Positions 26,362 through 38,499 of a stretch of 64,000 nucleotides of DNA are shown here, piece after piece. The stretch covers positions 20,832,001 to 20,896,000 of the forward strand of contig NC_043017.1 of NCBI RefSeq assembly GCF_006345805.1. Direction: 5' to 3'. Each line of letters opens with the position of its first letter. Within the stretch, counting starts at the first letter, position 1. Position numbers and translations under genes: made by a program. The notes under the pieces are model-generated. The model saw only the letters and a program-made list of their open reading frames with translations, did no database searches and had not been told where the DNA came from. This DNA is from Octopus sinensis (lineage: Eukaryota).

Positions 26362-28303
26362 ATGTATGTATGTATGTATATCTGAAATAGCAAAGTTCCA
26401 ATAAATGGGTGATTCAGAAGCTAAACCAATCTGATGTCAATGGTCATATTAGAGGAATTCCAAGAGAAAATAATGAGAAAAAAACTTGAAAGATTCCACT
26501 ATCGGCAAAACAAACAATTCTATCTTCGCCCTCCCCACCTCCACCCCAAAACAGAAAACAACAGCAACAGCAACAACATCAATAAATAATCGACTCCTTT
26601 ATTATTATTATTATGGAAAATATATTTTTAAGAAACTTTATAATGTTTATATGGCTGCTGGGTTAGTGGGTGGGGATGCGATTGTTAAAATGTCTGAGAA
26701 AGGAAGAGAGGGTTAGATGAATAGAGAGAGTGAGTGAAAAGATGAATAAGAATGTAAGAGAGGGCAGAGAGAAAAGAGAGAGAAAGGGTATGAGTCTTGT
26801 GACATTGTTGATTGGCTCTTTCTCTCTCTCTCTCTCTTCCCCCTCTCTCTCCTCTCTCTTCTTCCCTCTCTCTACCCCTCTCTTTCTCCCTCCCCTCTCT
26901 CTCCCCCCTCTCTCTCCTGATATTTTTTTATTGTTTTATTGTTTTATTTCTTTCAGTCATTTGACTGTGGCCATGCTGGAGCACCACCTTTAGTCGGATA
27001 AATCAAGACCAGAACTTATTCTTTGTAAGCCTAGTACCTATTCTATCAGTCTATTTGGCTGAATCTCTAAGTCACGGGGATGTAAACACACCAACATCTG
27101 TTGTTAAGCGATGGTGGGGGACAAACAGACATGCACAAATATATATATATAAACAACAAGATTCTTTCAGTTTCCATCTACCAGATCCACTCACAATGCT
27201 TTGGTCAGCCAGTCTGGGAATTGAAACCACAATCTTACAATCATGAGTCTAATGCCGTAGCCACTAAACCTCTCACATACATATTGAAACACTGCTGTTC
27301 AAAAACAAAAGTTACTTCAGACAAATTGTTGGATAGGAAGAGAAAGAGAGAGAGAGAGTGAGATGGGGGAGGCAAACACATGGAGGGATGGATGGATGGG
27401 GTGGGTAGAGAGATAAAGACAAATAAGTGAGAGTGAGAGAGAGATAGAGAGAGAGAGAGGAGATAAATTAACAGTTATGATTTTAATGTAAACAATATTA
27501 AAATGTTTTACAAGTATGATATATCTTATCAACTGTACTGCTTAATTAACAAATAATTCAATTTCAATTAAAATGCAAGTTTAAAAATTCAGTGCTAATT
27601 TTAGCGTGAAAAAGAAAACATTATTAAAATATTGAAAAAAAACATTTTTTTAAATAATAATAAAATCTAACAAAACCAACAACAAGAAAGAAACCACTGA
27701 ATTGCATGTTCAATTTTTGAAATTAATCATTTCTGTTTCTACACATGCACATTTAAATTAGTTAGAATTTTGGTAGGAATTATGAAAATAAATCTAAGGA
27801 AAAATTTAAGACTAAAAGCAAAGCAAATAGAGAAAAATAATAAAAATAATAATGATAGCAATATCTAAAATATAAACAGGATTTTTGTAATTAAGTTTAA
27901 GTTTGATGTGTGAATTATAGTTTGGTCTCAACACAAAACATGTGATGAGTTCAGTCATGAAATAGGTACAAGTTTGGCTGGGTGATTCTAAAGTTCATTT
28001 ATCAGCCAAGCCGTTTTGGGTTCAGTTCCACAGTGTGGAACCGTGGCCAAGCTTCTTTGTACTTTAGACGGGGACTGACCAATCCTTTGTGAGAGAATTT
28101 AGTGAATGGAAATTGTTATGGGGTTGGTGCAGGGAAGGGTATCCAGCTGTAGAAACCACGCCAAAATAGACATATACTCTGTACACACACACACACACAT
28201 TTGATTAATGAGAGAGATGGAACATGAAAGAAACAAGGATGTTTATTACATTATTTACATTATTTACATTCAACAGATATTTGTCCTCATCTTGCCTGTT
28301 GTT

Positions 28304-28349
28304 AACACAACGTTTTGGCTGATATACCTTCCAGCCTTCATCAGGTGAC
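28304..28349 (-). ncRNA. Minimal HHR-like motif with G12 mutated (same family as 46048)
   Basis: Minus strand: GTCAC-CTGATGA-A-GGCTG-gaaggtatat-CAGCC-AAAA-C-GTT-GTGTT, followed by the same downstream 'gaggacaaatatc...gaatgtaaataatgtaaataa' tract as the 46048 copy. Confidence 0.55.
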
Positions 28350-28524
28350 TTGGGGAAATTTCGAATCTGGGTTTATTGACCACTACAATTGTTTCGATCT
28401 ATCTAGCATCGATTCCTCATGAATAGGATACTAAACATCTGGTTTAGGTGCATCTATCAGTGGAGATGTTTCTTTACCAGTAAACTGTCAGTTTTATACC
28501 ATTCGATTTATTAACTAATATATA

Positions 28525-29125
28525 TATATTCTTTTATTCCTTTATTTGTTTCAGTCATTTTACTGTGGCCATGCTGGAGCACTGCCTTCAGTCAAACAAA
28601 TCAACCCCAGGACTTATTCTTTTGCCAAACCACTAAGTTACAGGGATGTAAACACACCAACATCAGTTATTAAGTGATGTTGGGGGAACGGACACAGACA
28701 CACAAATATATACATACACACATATTCTTTTTTTTATTCTTTTATTATTTTATGTGTTTCAGTCACTTGACTGCGACCATACTGGAGTACCACCTTTAGT
28801 CGAGTAAATCAACTGCATAACTTATTTTTTGTAAGCCTAGTACTTATTCTATCGGCCTATTTTGCTGAACCACTATGTTACAGGGACGTAAACAAACCAT
28901 CATCAGTTGTCAAGTGATGCTGGGAGAGAAACACTGACAGACAAACACACACACACATATATATATATACACACATGACAGGCTGTATATATGACAGACT
29001 TCTTTCAGTTTCCATCAACCAAATCCATCCACCCACAAGGCTTTGGTTAGCCTGAAACTATAGTAAAAGAACACTTGCGCAAGGTGCCACTCATGTGGTT
29101 GGGAAGCAAGCTTCTTACCACACAG
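28525..29125 (-). mobile_element. Two tandem SINE family A copies
   Basis: The tail-to-body segment occurs at about 28525-28720 and again at about 28735-29125. Confidence 0.75.
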
Positions 29126-29227
29126 ATACACTCAATGTAACATTATACTCAAATCAATTATCTGCCATTACAGATATATATGTTTAGTATGTTATGTATC
29201 TTTACCGACAAGGTGAATGGACATATA

Positions 29228-29270
<43 letters not shown>

Positions 29271-29579
29271 GAAATAACCATATCACTCTGATACTCAGCT
29301 GTATCAATATCCGAGAAATGAGACATCCACAAGATAAAAAACCGTTCCCTAGTCTACTCGTATTTGAACCAAGTTAAAGTGTAAAAAGATACTCATGCTT
29401 AGCAGGTGAGAGTGAAAAATGCTGACAGGTGTGCTGACAGGTGAGAAAAATAAATCCAGGCATACTTTTATTAGTATTGATGTCACAGAATCTATAGATT
29501 CGGATCATTAATCACTTGATCATGTGATTTTTTTTGTATGTTGTATGGGTCAGCATATGTGCTGTAGTATGTTACGAAA

Positions 29580-30250
29580 AGAGCTGTGTGGTAAGTAGCT
29601 TGCTTACCAACCACATGGCTCTGGGTTCAGTCCCACTGCCTGGCACATTGGGCAAGCGTCTTCTACTATAGTCTTGGGCCGACCAAAGCATTGTGAGTGG
29701 ATTTGGTAGACGGAAACTGAAAGAAGCCAGTTGTATATATGTGTGTGTGTGTGTGTGTGTTTGTCCCCCAATATCGCTTGACAACCGATGCTGTCCTGCT
29801 ATCATTGCTTGGCGACTGATGCTGGTGTGTTTATGTCCCTGTAACTTAGCAGTTCAGCAAAGAGACCAATAGAATAAGTACTAAGCTTATTAAGGCAGTG
29901 AGCTGGCAGAAACGTTAGCACGCTGGGTGAAATGCTTAGTGGTATTTCCTCTGCCGTTACGTTCTGAGTTCAAATTCCGCTGAGGTCGACTTTACCTCTC
30001 ATCCTCATGGGGTCAATTAAATAAGTACCAGTTATGCACGGGGGTTGATGTAATTGACTCAATTCCTTTGTCTGTCCTTGTTTGTCCCCTCTATGTTTAG
30101 CCCCTTGTGGGTAATAAAGAAATAAGAATAAGTACTATGCTTATAAAAGAATGAGGCCTGGGGTCAATTTCTTCACCCAAAAAACCCCCACTAAAGTGGT
30201 GTTCCAGCATGGCCACAGCCAAATGACTGAAACAAGTAAAAGAACGAAAA
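29580..30250 (+). mobile_element. SINE family A with a nested family B copy (about 29893-30125)
   Basis: The family B insert is flanked by the duplicated target aataagtacta.gcttat.aa. Confidence 0.8.
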
Positions 30251-30505
30251 AGTATACATATGCATCTATTTCCACTCACTCTCAGAGTCGTTTTTATAAA
30301 ACCATGCAAAGTCAAAGTACCAAGAGATTCTTCAGTATTTCTACAGAATTGTTTGGAGTCTTTGGAAATAATTGATTTTTCCTTCCATTCAGCTGATCAG
30401 CAGAGAGTCAGAATTGGTTATTCCATTTCATTGTGTTCAAGAAATTAACTTAATCGAAATAAAGGGAATTTAATAGCAACACATGATTCGATTTAGTTAA
30501 AGCAG

Positions 30506-30608
30506 TTAGCTACAATCAGTAACTACCAAAGGCTCGTTAGGCTGACGACCAGAACTGGATTGGGCAGCCAGACTGGAATTTAATATAAAGGAGACAATTC
30601 CTATCAGC
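30506..30608 (-). CDS. Candidate terminal coding exon, product unknown
   Basis: Acceptor tttctcatcgtcttcattccag|G, then LIGIVSFILNSSLAAQSSSGRQPNEPLVVTDCS* in non-repetitive sequence. No homology recognised. Confidence 0.2.
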
Positions 30609-31113
30609 CTGGAATGAAGACGATGAGAAATTCTTATAATTCTGTCATTTAGGCTTAATTTTCTTTATTTGTTTATATTTTGTAGTATTTTATTTGTAGT
30701 AATTATTTTCATATTTTTTCTTTTATTCTTTGATTTATTTGTTTTTACTTCTTTCAATTACTGCTGCCATGCTGGATCACTGCTTTTGAAGAATTTCGTT
30801 GACCAAACTGACTCCATTGTCATTTTTTTTTTTTAATGTTTGGTACTTATTCTATCATTCTCATTATCTGATCTGCTAAGTTATGAGAATCTAAACAAAC
30901 TAACACCTGTTGTCAAGCACTGATGATGACAAACTTAAAGACATGCACATACATTATACATAATTGAGTATGTGTGTGTATATATATATATAATATATAT
31001 ATATAAGATACTACCACATAGGCTATAGATATATATATATATATCACACAGAGGCATATATATATATATCTATATATATATATATATAATATATAGATAC
31101 ATACACACACAGA

Positions 31114-31149
<36 letters not shown>

Positions 31150-31162
31150 CACACACAGAGGC

Positions 31163-31200
<38 letters not shown>

Positions 31201-31309
31201 ATATATATATACATACACACACAAGGCATATATATATATCTATAGTATATTAGATTATATGATTTGTTAGCCCTACACATTTTTTTTTCTCCTTGTTTTT
31301 TCTGTGTCC

Positions 31310-31345
31310 CTTTCTGTAGAAGAGCGTAGGCTCGAAACGTAAAAG
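31310..31345 (+). ncRNA. Minimal HHR-like motif with a variant core (CTGTAGA) in a Penelope-like short element
   Basis: CTTT-CTGTAGA-A-GAGC-GTAG-GCTC-GAAA-C-GTA-AAAG. Helices I and II pair fully, helix III is the ACGT palindrome, and core position A6 is U. Confidence 0.6.
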
Positions 31346-31431
31346 ACTTTTTCTATTCCTGAGCATTATACTATACATCTGTTTGTTTTGTACACCCTGT
31401 CTTCGTCTTTTGTTTTTTCGTAACTCTTTCC

Positions 31432-31466
<35 letters not shown>

Positions 31467-31467
<1 letters not shown>

Positions 31468-31549
31468 TTACACTGAAGAGGTTCTTACCTGCAAACAATG
31501 GGTTTTTATAATTTTATTATGGGTAAGAATCGAAACAATTGTATGTAAT
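31467..31549 (+). ncRNA. Type I hammerhead ribozyme motif with a complete catalytic core
   Basis: Helix I ATTACA(31467-72)/TGTAAT(31544-49); core CTGAAGA(31473-79); helix II GGTTCTTACC(31480-89)/GGTAAGAATC(31522-31), 10 bp with one G.U; GAAA(31532-35); palindromic helix III ACAATTGT; cleavage triplet GTA(31541-43). Lies directly after a (TA)n tract. Confidence 0.85.
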
Positions 31550-32281
31550 TTGTAATGATGTTGCTGATGACAAGTGTGTGTATATATATATATATATTTA
31601 TATCTATATGTACACACATTTAGATATATAACAAACTCACACAACTGTGTGTATGTGTGCATGTGTGTGTGTTCACTATTTTCCTCTCATTCTGGTCTAA
31701 TGAACCTCCATGTTTGTTTTCGTTTGGTTTCCTTGTATGTCTCCATTTTCCTGTTTTTGCTCCCAACTTTGACCCTCCATAAATCCTAAATTTTATTTTA
31801 GAATTTATGGGAGCAAAAGTCTTTGAAGACTCATATTGTCGTTGAATGCTCAAAATGAGGAGTAGGTAGAAAGCCAACAAATGAAGGGTCCTTTCTCTGG
31901 GTTTACTTGTCCTGTTTTCCATGTTTTTTCTCTCATTGCTCACATATTTAACTCATTTGTTTATATATATTCCATGTTATTTGTACCGTTGGTGATATCC
32001 TGTACCCATATATGCATGGATATATATATATATATATATTATTTACATTATTACATTTGACAGATATTTGTCCTCATCTTGTCCGTTGCAGGTGAGCTGC
32101 AAGATGCAGGAGGAAAGTTGTGGCGAAAGAGTCAGCAGAAGTTTGCCATTACCTTCTGTCGGAGCCGTGTGGAGCTTAGGTGTTTCACTCATAAACACAC
32201 ACATTGCTCGGTCTGAGATTTGAACCCATGATCCCTAACCACTAGGCCATATGCCTCCATACACACACACACACACACATA

Positions 32282-32635
32282 TATCATCATCATCATCGTT
32301 TAACGTCTGCTTTCCATGCTACCATGGGTTGGACGATTTTGACTGAGGGCTGGCCAGCCAGATGGCTGCACTGGGCTCAATCTTGATCTGGCAGAGTTTC
32401 TACATCAGGATGCCCTTCCTAACGCCAACCACTCCGAAAGTGTAGTGGGTGCTTTTTACGTGCCACTGACACGGGGTCCAGTCAGGCGGCACTGGCAATG
32501 ACCTCGCTCGAATCTTTTTGCACGTGCCACCGGCACAGGTGACAGTGAAGCGACGTTGGTAACGATCACGCTCGAATGGTGCCCTTTTACGTGCCACGGG
32601 TATGGAAGCCAGTTGGCTGCTCTGGCAATGATCAC
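32282..32635 (-). mobile_element. Family E retroposon
   Basis: Homologous to 48945-49200. Confidence 0.7.
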
Positions 32636-33549
32636 ACATATATAATACATCCTTTTTACTATAACCTCAGAGCCTGAACTTTTCGGGGAGGAGCTAGTTG
32701 ATTACATGGACCCCAGTGTTCAACTGGTATTTATTCTATCAACCCCCAAAAGGATGAAAGACAGAGTGAATCTTGGAGGAATATGAACTCAAGGACAGAC
32801 AAGTTGCCACTAAGCATTTTCTTTGGTGACCTACCAGTTCACTGACTTGAATATATATTTATGTATATACATGTACACAAACATAAATGTATTCTGTTTC
32901 ATGTATATTGATCTATTTGTAGTCATTTACCTTCTTTATAAACTATTTTGCATACAATCTCAATTTAGAAACAATATTTTAATAACATCTTTGATGCAAA
33001 AAGCAGAATTATATTTTTGGAGTATAATAATGTCTATTATATTTCCGATCGGTTTTCCAGTGTTGTTAGGCAAAGCTTAATCGTGTCGGAAATTTGCTTT
33101 GGATGAAACGGAGAGAGAGAGAGAGAGAAAAAAGAAATTTTTGATTGAACCTCAAAGTTTGGCAAAAGTTAGTTTAGCGGTAAATTTATTGAAATACCAA
33201 ACAAATGAACCATAAATTGTTGTTCTATTTATAAATAGAAGTGATGTGGCCCTTTAACTGATGGTAATGACACCTATTTAAGAAGATGTGGTCGAGAGGC
33301 TTGTGAACACACATACACAAAGATATAAATATATCCATCATTACTGACATCATCTCCGTTTTAATGTCCACTTTTTCATGCTTCTGTAGGTCAGAGAGAG
33401 TTCTGTGAGGTAGATTTTCTATGACTGGATATCACATTCCTGTCACCAAGCCTGACCTCTTTCCAAGTAAGGTAATATTTTCCCCATGGCCAGACATGTT
33501 TTCATGGAAGTCTGGAAATGAATGGTACCATTTGCATGAGAATAACATT

Positions 33550-33588
<39 letters not shown>

Positions 33589-33758
33589 ACACACACATGC
33601 ACACACCTATCTATCTCCCTATCTATCTATCTCAATATATAAAGCAGGTGTACACGAAATACAATCATTGCTAGAAATAGCAGTTGAACATCTTGCTGGA
33701 CATTAATATTGTTTTAATAATATTCATATTTTCATGCATATCTATCTATCTATCTTTC

Positions 33759-33789
<31 letters not shown>

Positions 33790-34071
33790 CCATCATCATC
33801 ATCATCATTTAACATCTGTTTTCCATGCTGGCATGGGTTGGGCGGTTTAACTCAAAACTGGTAAGCTGGGGAGTTGCACCAAGTTCCAATCTGATTTGGT
33901 AAAGTATCTACAGCTGGATATCCTTCCTAATTCCAACCACTCTCTCTCTCTATATATATATATATACAGACACATACCGGAAAGCACTCCGGCTTGCTAA
34001 CTAGTGCGTATATATACATATAAATAAATAAATATATATATATATACACATAATATATACATATATATATG

Positions 34072-34125
<54 letters not shown>

Positions 34126-34991
34126 CATATATCTATGTGTATATATATATTTATACATATATATATACATATATATATTTATACATATATATACATATAT
34201 ATACTTTGTTTTTTTATATTTGTTTTGCAAATTAATAATTATTACTGGTGTAATGACACTCCCCCAGATACATAACGTATGTGTGTGTGTGTGTGTGTGT
34301 AGAGGTGTGTGTGCGTAGAGGTGTGTGACCCAGTGGTTAGGTGTATTGCACTCACGACTGTGAAATCGTGGGCTCCGTTCCCAGGCTGGCAGCATGTCGT
34401 GCTCTTGAACAAAACACTTCATTCAGTAGTGACCACCTACTCCTACATTTAGCTATCGTCTATCAAGGAGTACATCACCAAATACATTCGTTAATTGTGC
34501 AATGGATATATATTTGATATCATTAGTAGGGCAGTCTAAAAAAGGAACATATTAGAAGATGTAGTCTGAGATAGATTATGTCTGAAAATTAGAGGGGTTA
34601 GTCATGGCTGGAACACCTTTTAACCGGGTGTCTATTTCAACAGGTGGAATCTGGGGTTAAATAACAATACATATTGTACATTCTCAAGCATAAATTTAAC
34701 AATGAATGCATGGTGTGTGCATGTGTGTGTAAAATGTATTACACACACACACTCACATGAATTTAAATTTAGCAGAAAATGGAGTAATCTTGATCAACAA
34801 CAATTGACTGCCATCAATTATTATGTTTTTTAATACAAAACTTTATCCCATCTGACAGCCCTTATCCCTTAGACGGTTATTCTAACCACTAACTCTGCTA
34901 TAGCGTATTATATAAGGATGCATCATGTAATATATATACACAATGTATTTTATATATATATTTGCGTGTGTGTGTGTATATATATATATAT

Positions 34992-35166
34992 AGGCACAGG
35001 AGTGGCTGTGTGGTAAGTAGCTTGCTAACCAACCACATGGTTCCGGGTTCAGTCCCACTGTGTGGCACCTTGGATCAGTGTCTTCTACTATAGCCTCGGG
35101 CCGACCAAAGCCATGTGAGTGGATTTGGTAGACGAAAACTGAAAGAAGCCCGTTGTATATATATAA

Positions 35167-35198
<32 letters not shown>

Positions 35199-35402
35199 CT
35201 GTGTTTGTCCCCCTAACATTGCTTGACAACCGATGCTGGTGTGCTTATGTCCCCGTTACTTAGCGGTTCGGCAAAAGAGACCGATAGAATAAGTACTGGG
35301 CTTACAAAAGAATAAGTCCTGTGGTCGATTTGCTCGATTAAAGGAAGTGCTCCAGCATGGCCACAGTCAAATGACTGAAACAAGTAAAAGAGTAGTAAAG
35401 AG

Positions 35403-35404
<2 letters not shown>
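34992..35404 (+). mobile_element. SINE family A, full length
   Basis: Complete head-to-tail match. Confidence 0.85.
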
Positions 35405-35446
<42 letters not shown>

Positions 35447-36335
35447 ATGCATTATATATATGTTTATATAATGTCATGTATTATATATAATGTATTTTAT
35501 ATGTATATACATATATATATGTGTGTATATATAATGTATTATACACACACACACACACACACATATATATGCACATATAATACATTTATATAAAATGTCT
35601 TCTAGGTTCTTGGTTTTCTTCTTCATTCCATGTTATAATTCCTGAGAGGTTAACTTCAGGCTGACTCAACCTTTTAGCCCTCAGGGATCAGTAACAAAAG
35701 CATCTATCCTTAGTAACACTGTGGTAAACAGCCTAAGTGCTCATATTTAGGGGATTTATTATAGTTATAATCTCCACCCTGATACCTGGAGGGAGAAAAA
35801 GCAAGACGTAAGAAGGCGCATGCTACGTTTGGCAAATCGATAAATAATGTCTTATATCTCTACGTGTATCAATATTTTATGGATGCATGATTGTACATAT
35901 GTCTATGAATTCAAGTGCTGAAAGTATACATTAAAATATACATACATTCAAAGATATTTATGTATGTTTACTCATTGTGCTTACATGCATTTTGGTGTGA
36001 ATAGCAATTGCATAGAAACACATACATATATGTGCGTGTCTATATATTATTATTATTGTTATTATTATTATTATTATTATTTATTGGCAGAAATGCCAAT
36101 AAATCATAAAAATCTATACCCGCAGGTGGTGAGCCGACAGATCGTTACCATGCCAGACAGGATGTTTCGCAGCATTTCTTCTGGCTTTAAGTTCTGGGTT
36201 CAAATCCTGCTGAGGCTGACATTGCTTTTCATCCTATCAGTATCTGCCACACCTGTGATTTTACTTGGGTCTTCTTCTCAAGCACAACACACACACACAC
36301 ACACACACACATATCACCAAATGTATGTATGTATA

Positions 36336-36368
<33 letters not shown>

Positions 36369-36656
36369 ATATATACACACACACACAACATATATATATA
36401 TATATATTTGCCTACATAATGAAAAACTTCATACACCCATCACTCTCTCAATTCACTCTTCTCCGTCTCTCTCTCTCTCTATGTACACATCTACCTACCT
36501 ATCTATCTATCTATCTATCTGTATGTGTATATATATGTATATATATAATTTTATGTATATATATATATGAGCGTCCAATAATACTATATTTGTTCCATGT
36601 CTCCGCGTTGTTGTATTTTTCCTTTGTGTTTTCATGTTTGGATTAACTTTATATAT

Positions 36657-36688
<32 letters not shown>

Positions 36689-37534
36689 CGAGAGAGAGAG
36701 AAGGTGGAGAAAAGGGTGTTAGAGAATACTTGGAAAGTGATGGAAGTATGAAGTTACTCATTATGTAGGCTAAATTTATGTGTGATCTGATAAATACACC
36801 AAGGAATAAATACTTATCTAACATAAAAAAGACATGACAAACTTTTGATCAATGCCCCCCCCCCTCCATCCACCTCTTTAATAATGAATACTAGCTGTCC
36901 TCACACTACAGAAATAATACTAATAATAGAAAAGATAATGGCCCTCAATTATTCAAATAGTTGCTTTTTATCTCTTATTGTAACAAGAGACAAACTGGTG
37001 TCTATCACATAATTTCCTAAATGTTTCCGGTCTTCTAAATTAAAAAAAATGCCAGGAGTGTACGCATGAATCGGATTACCGAAATATCATATCTAACTTA
37101 ATTATTTGAGAGGTTCTGGTCACAACAGGTTCACCGTTTGTGGTTAATGAAACCACAGGAATTGCCGAATGTGGAATATGGTGGAAGAGCAGAAATGATG
37201 GTAATAGTAGTGGTGGTGGTGGTGGTGGTGATGTGGAACTAAAATCTCTTCATGCTTTGAGTTTGTATTCCACTGACGCCAGCTTGCTTCGCATGGCTCT
37301 CTGATGTTGGTCATCATTGTTGATTTAACATTCACTTTTCCATTCTTACATGACAGATGATAGAAAATGGAATGAATGACATTCTTTATTTAAAGAATCA
37401 CTACAATTGTTTCAACACATTCTTACACCTGTTGTACATTGGTCAGATGCTGAGTAATCTTTATCATCCATCCAATGTATAACAGGGGTTCTATATATAT
37501 ATATATATGAAATGTACACACATACATACATACA

Positions 37535-37940
37535 TACTCTTTTACTTCTTTCAGTCATTTGACTGTGGCCATGCTGGAGCACCACCTTTAGTCGAGCAAG
37601 TCAACCCCAGGACTTATTCTTTGTAAGCCTAGTACTTATTCTATCGGTCTCTTTTGCCGAACCACTAAGTTACGGGGACATAAACACACCAACATCGGTT
37701 GTCAAGCGATGTTGGGGGGACAAACACAGGCACACAAACATATACACACACATACATATATATATATACACATATACGACAGGCTTCTTTCAGTTTCCAT
37801 CTACCAAATCCACTCACAAGGCTTTGGTCGGCCTGAGGCTATAGTAGCAAACACTTACCCAAGGTGCTATGCAGTGGGACTGAACCAGGAAAAATGTGGT
37901 TCATAAGCAAGCTACTTACCACACAGCCACTCCTACGCCT
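37535..37940 (-). mobile_element. SINE family A, full length
   Basis: Complete reverse-complement match. Confidence 0.85.
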
Positions 37941-38247
37941 TACATACATACATACATACATACATAAATTCATAAATCTGTGATATAAATATGAATTTAG
38001 TGAGGTAGAGTTTCTACTGCAGGATGCTCTTCCTGTCACCAACCTTCACCTCTTTCCAAGCAAGGTAATATTTTCTCAAGGCCAAACATCTATTGGCAGA
38101 ATATTTGAAATGTATGACACTGCAGGTATGACTGGACACTCGTTTACAACAATCACTTCATGTCAAGGCAAGGAGACACAAGTATACACAAATGCACGTA
38201 CACTAAAATACCTTCTATCTGTTACTTGTTTCAATCATTAGACTGTG

Positions 38248-38469
38248 TCCCTAAGTCCCAACTTAGGAATAAACTCTTTTCACAACCGTTTTCCAACTAG
38301 GCATGCTGTTGTTAACTAGTGCACACATGATCTCAGCTATTCCGCACATGTTGAGTGTTTCCAAAATCCACGAATGTGCTAACATGTCGTAAGCCTTTTT
38401 GAACTCTATTCAAATGGAAAATAGAAACAGAGTTGTGAAAAGGGTTTATTCCTAAGTCGGGACTAAGGA
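38248..38469. mobile_element. MITE-like or fold-back element with about 38-bp inverted repeats
   Basis: ccctaagtcccaacttaggaataaactcttttcacaac vs gttgtgaaaagggtttattcctaagtcgggactaagg. Confidence 0.6.
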
Positions 38470-38499
38470 ATTCCTGTTTCTATTTTCCATTTATCTGTT

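Noticed and set aside
30538-30610. tagg-CTGACGA...gagacaattc-cta as a hammerhead
   Set aside because: GAAA is GAGA, the GU of the triplet is missing and there is no helix II closure.
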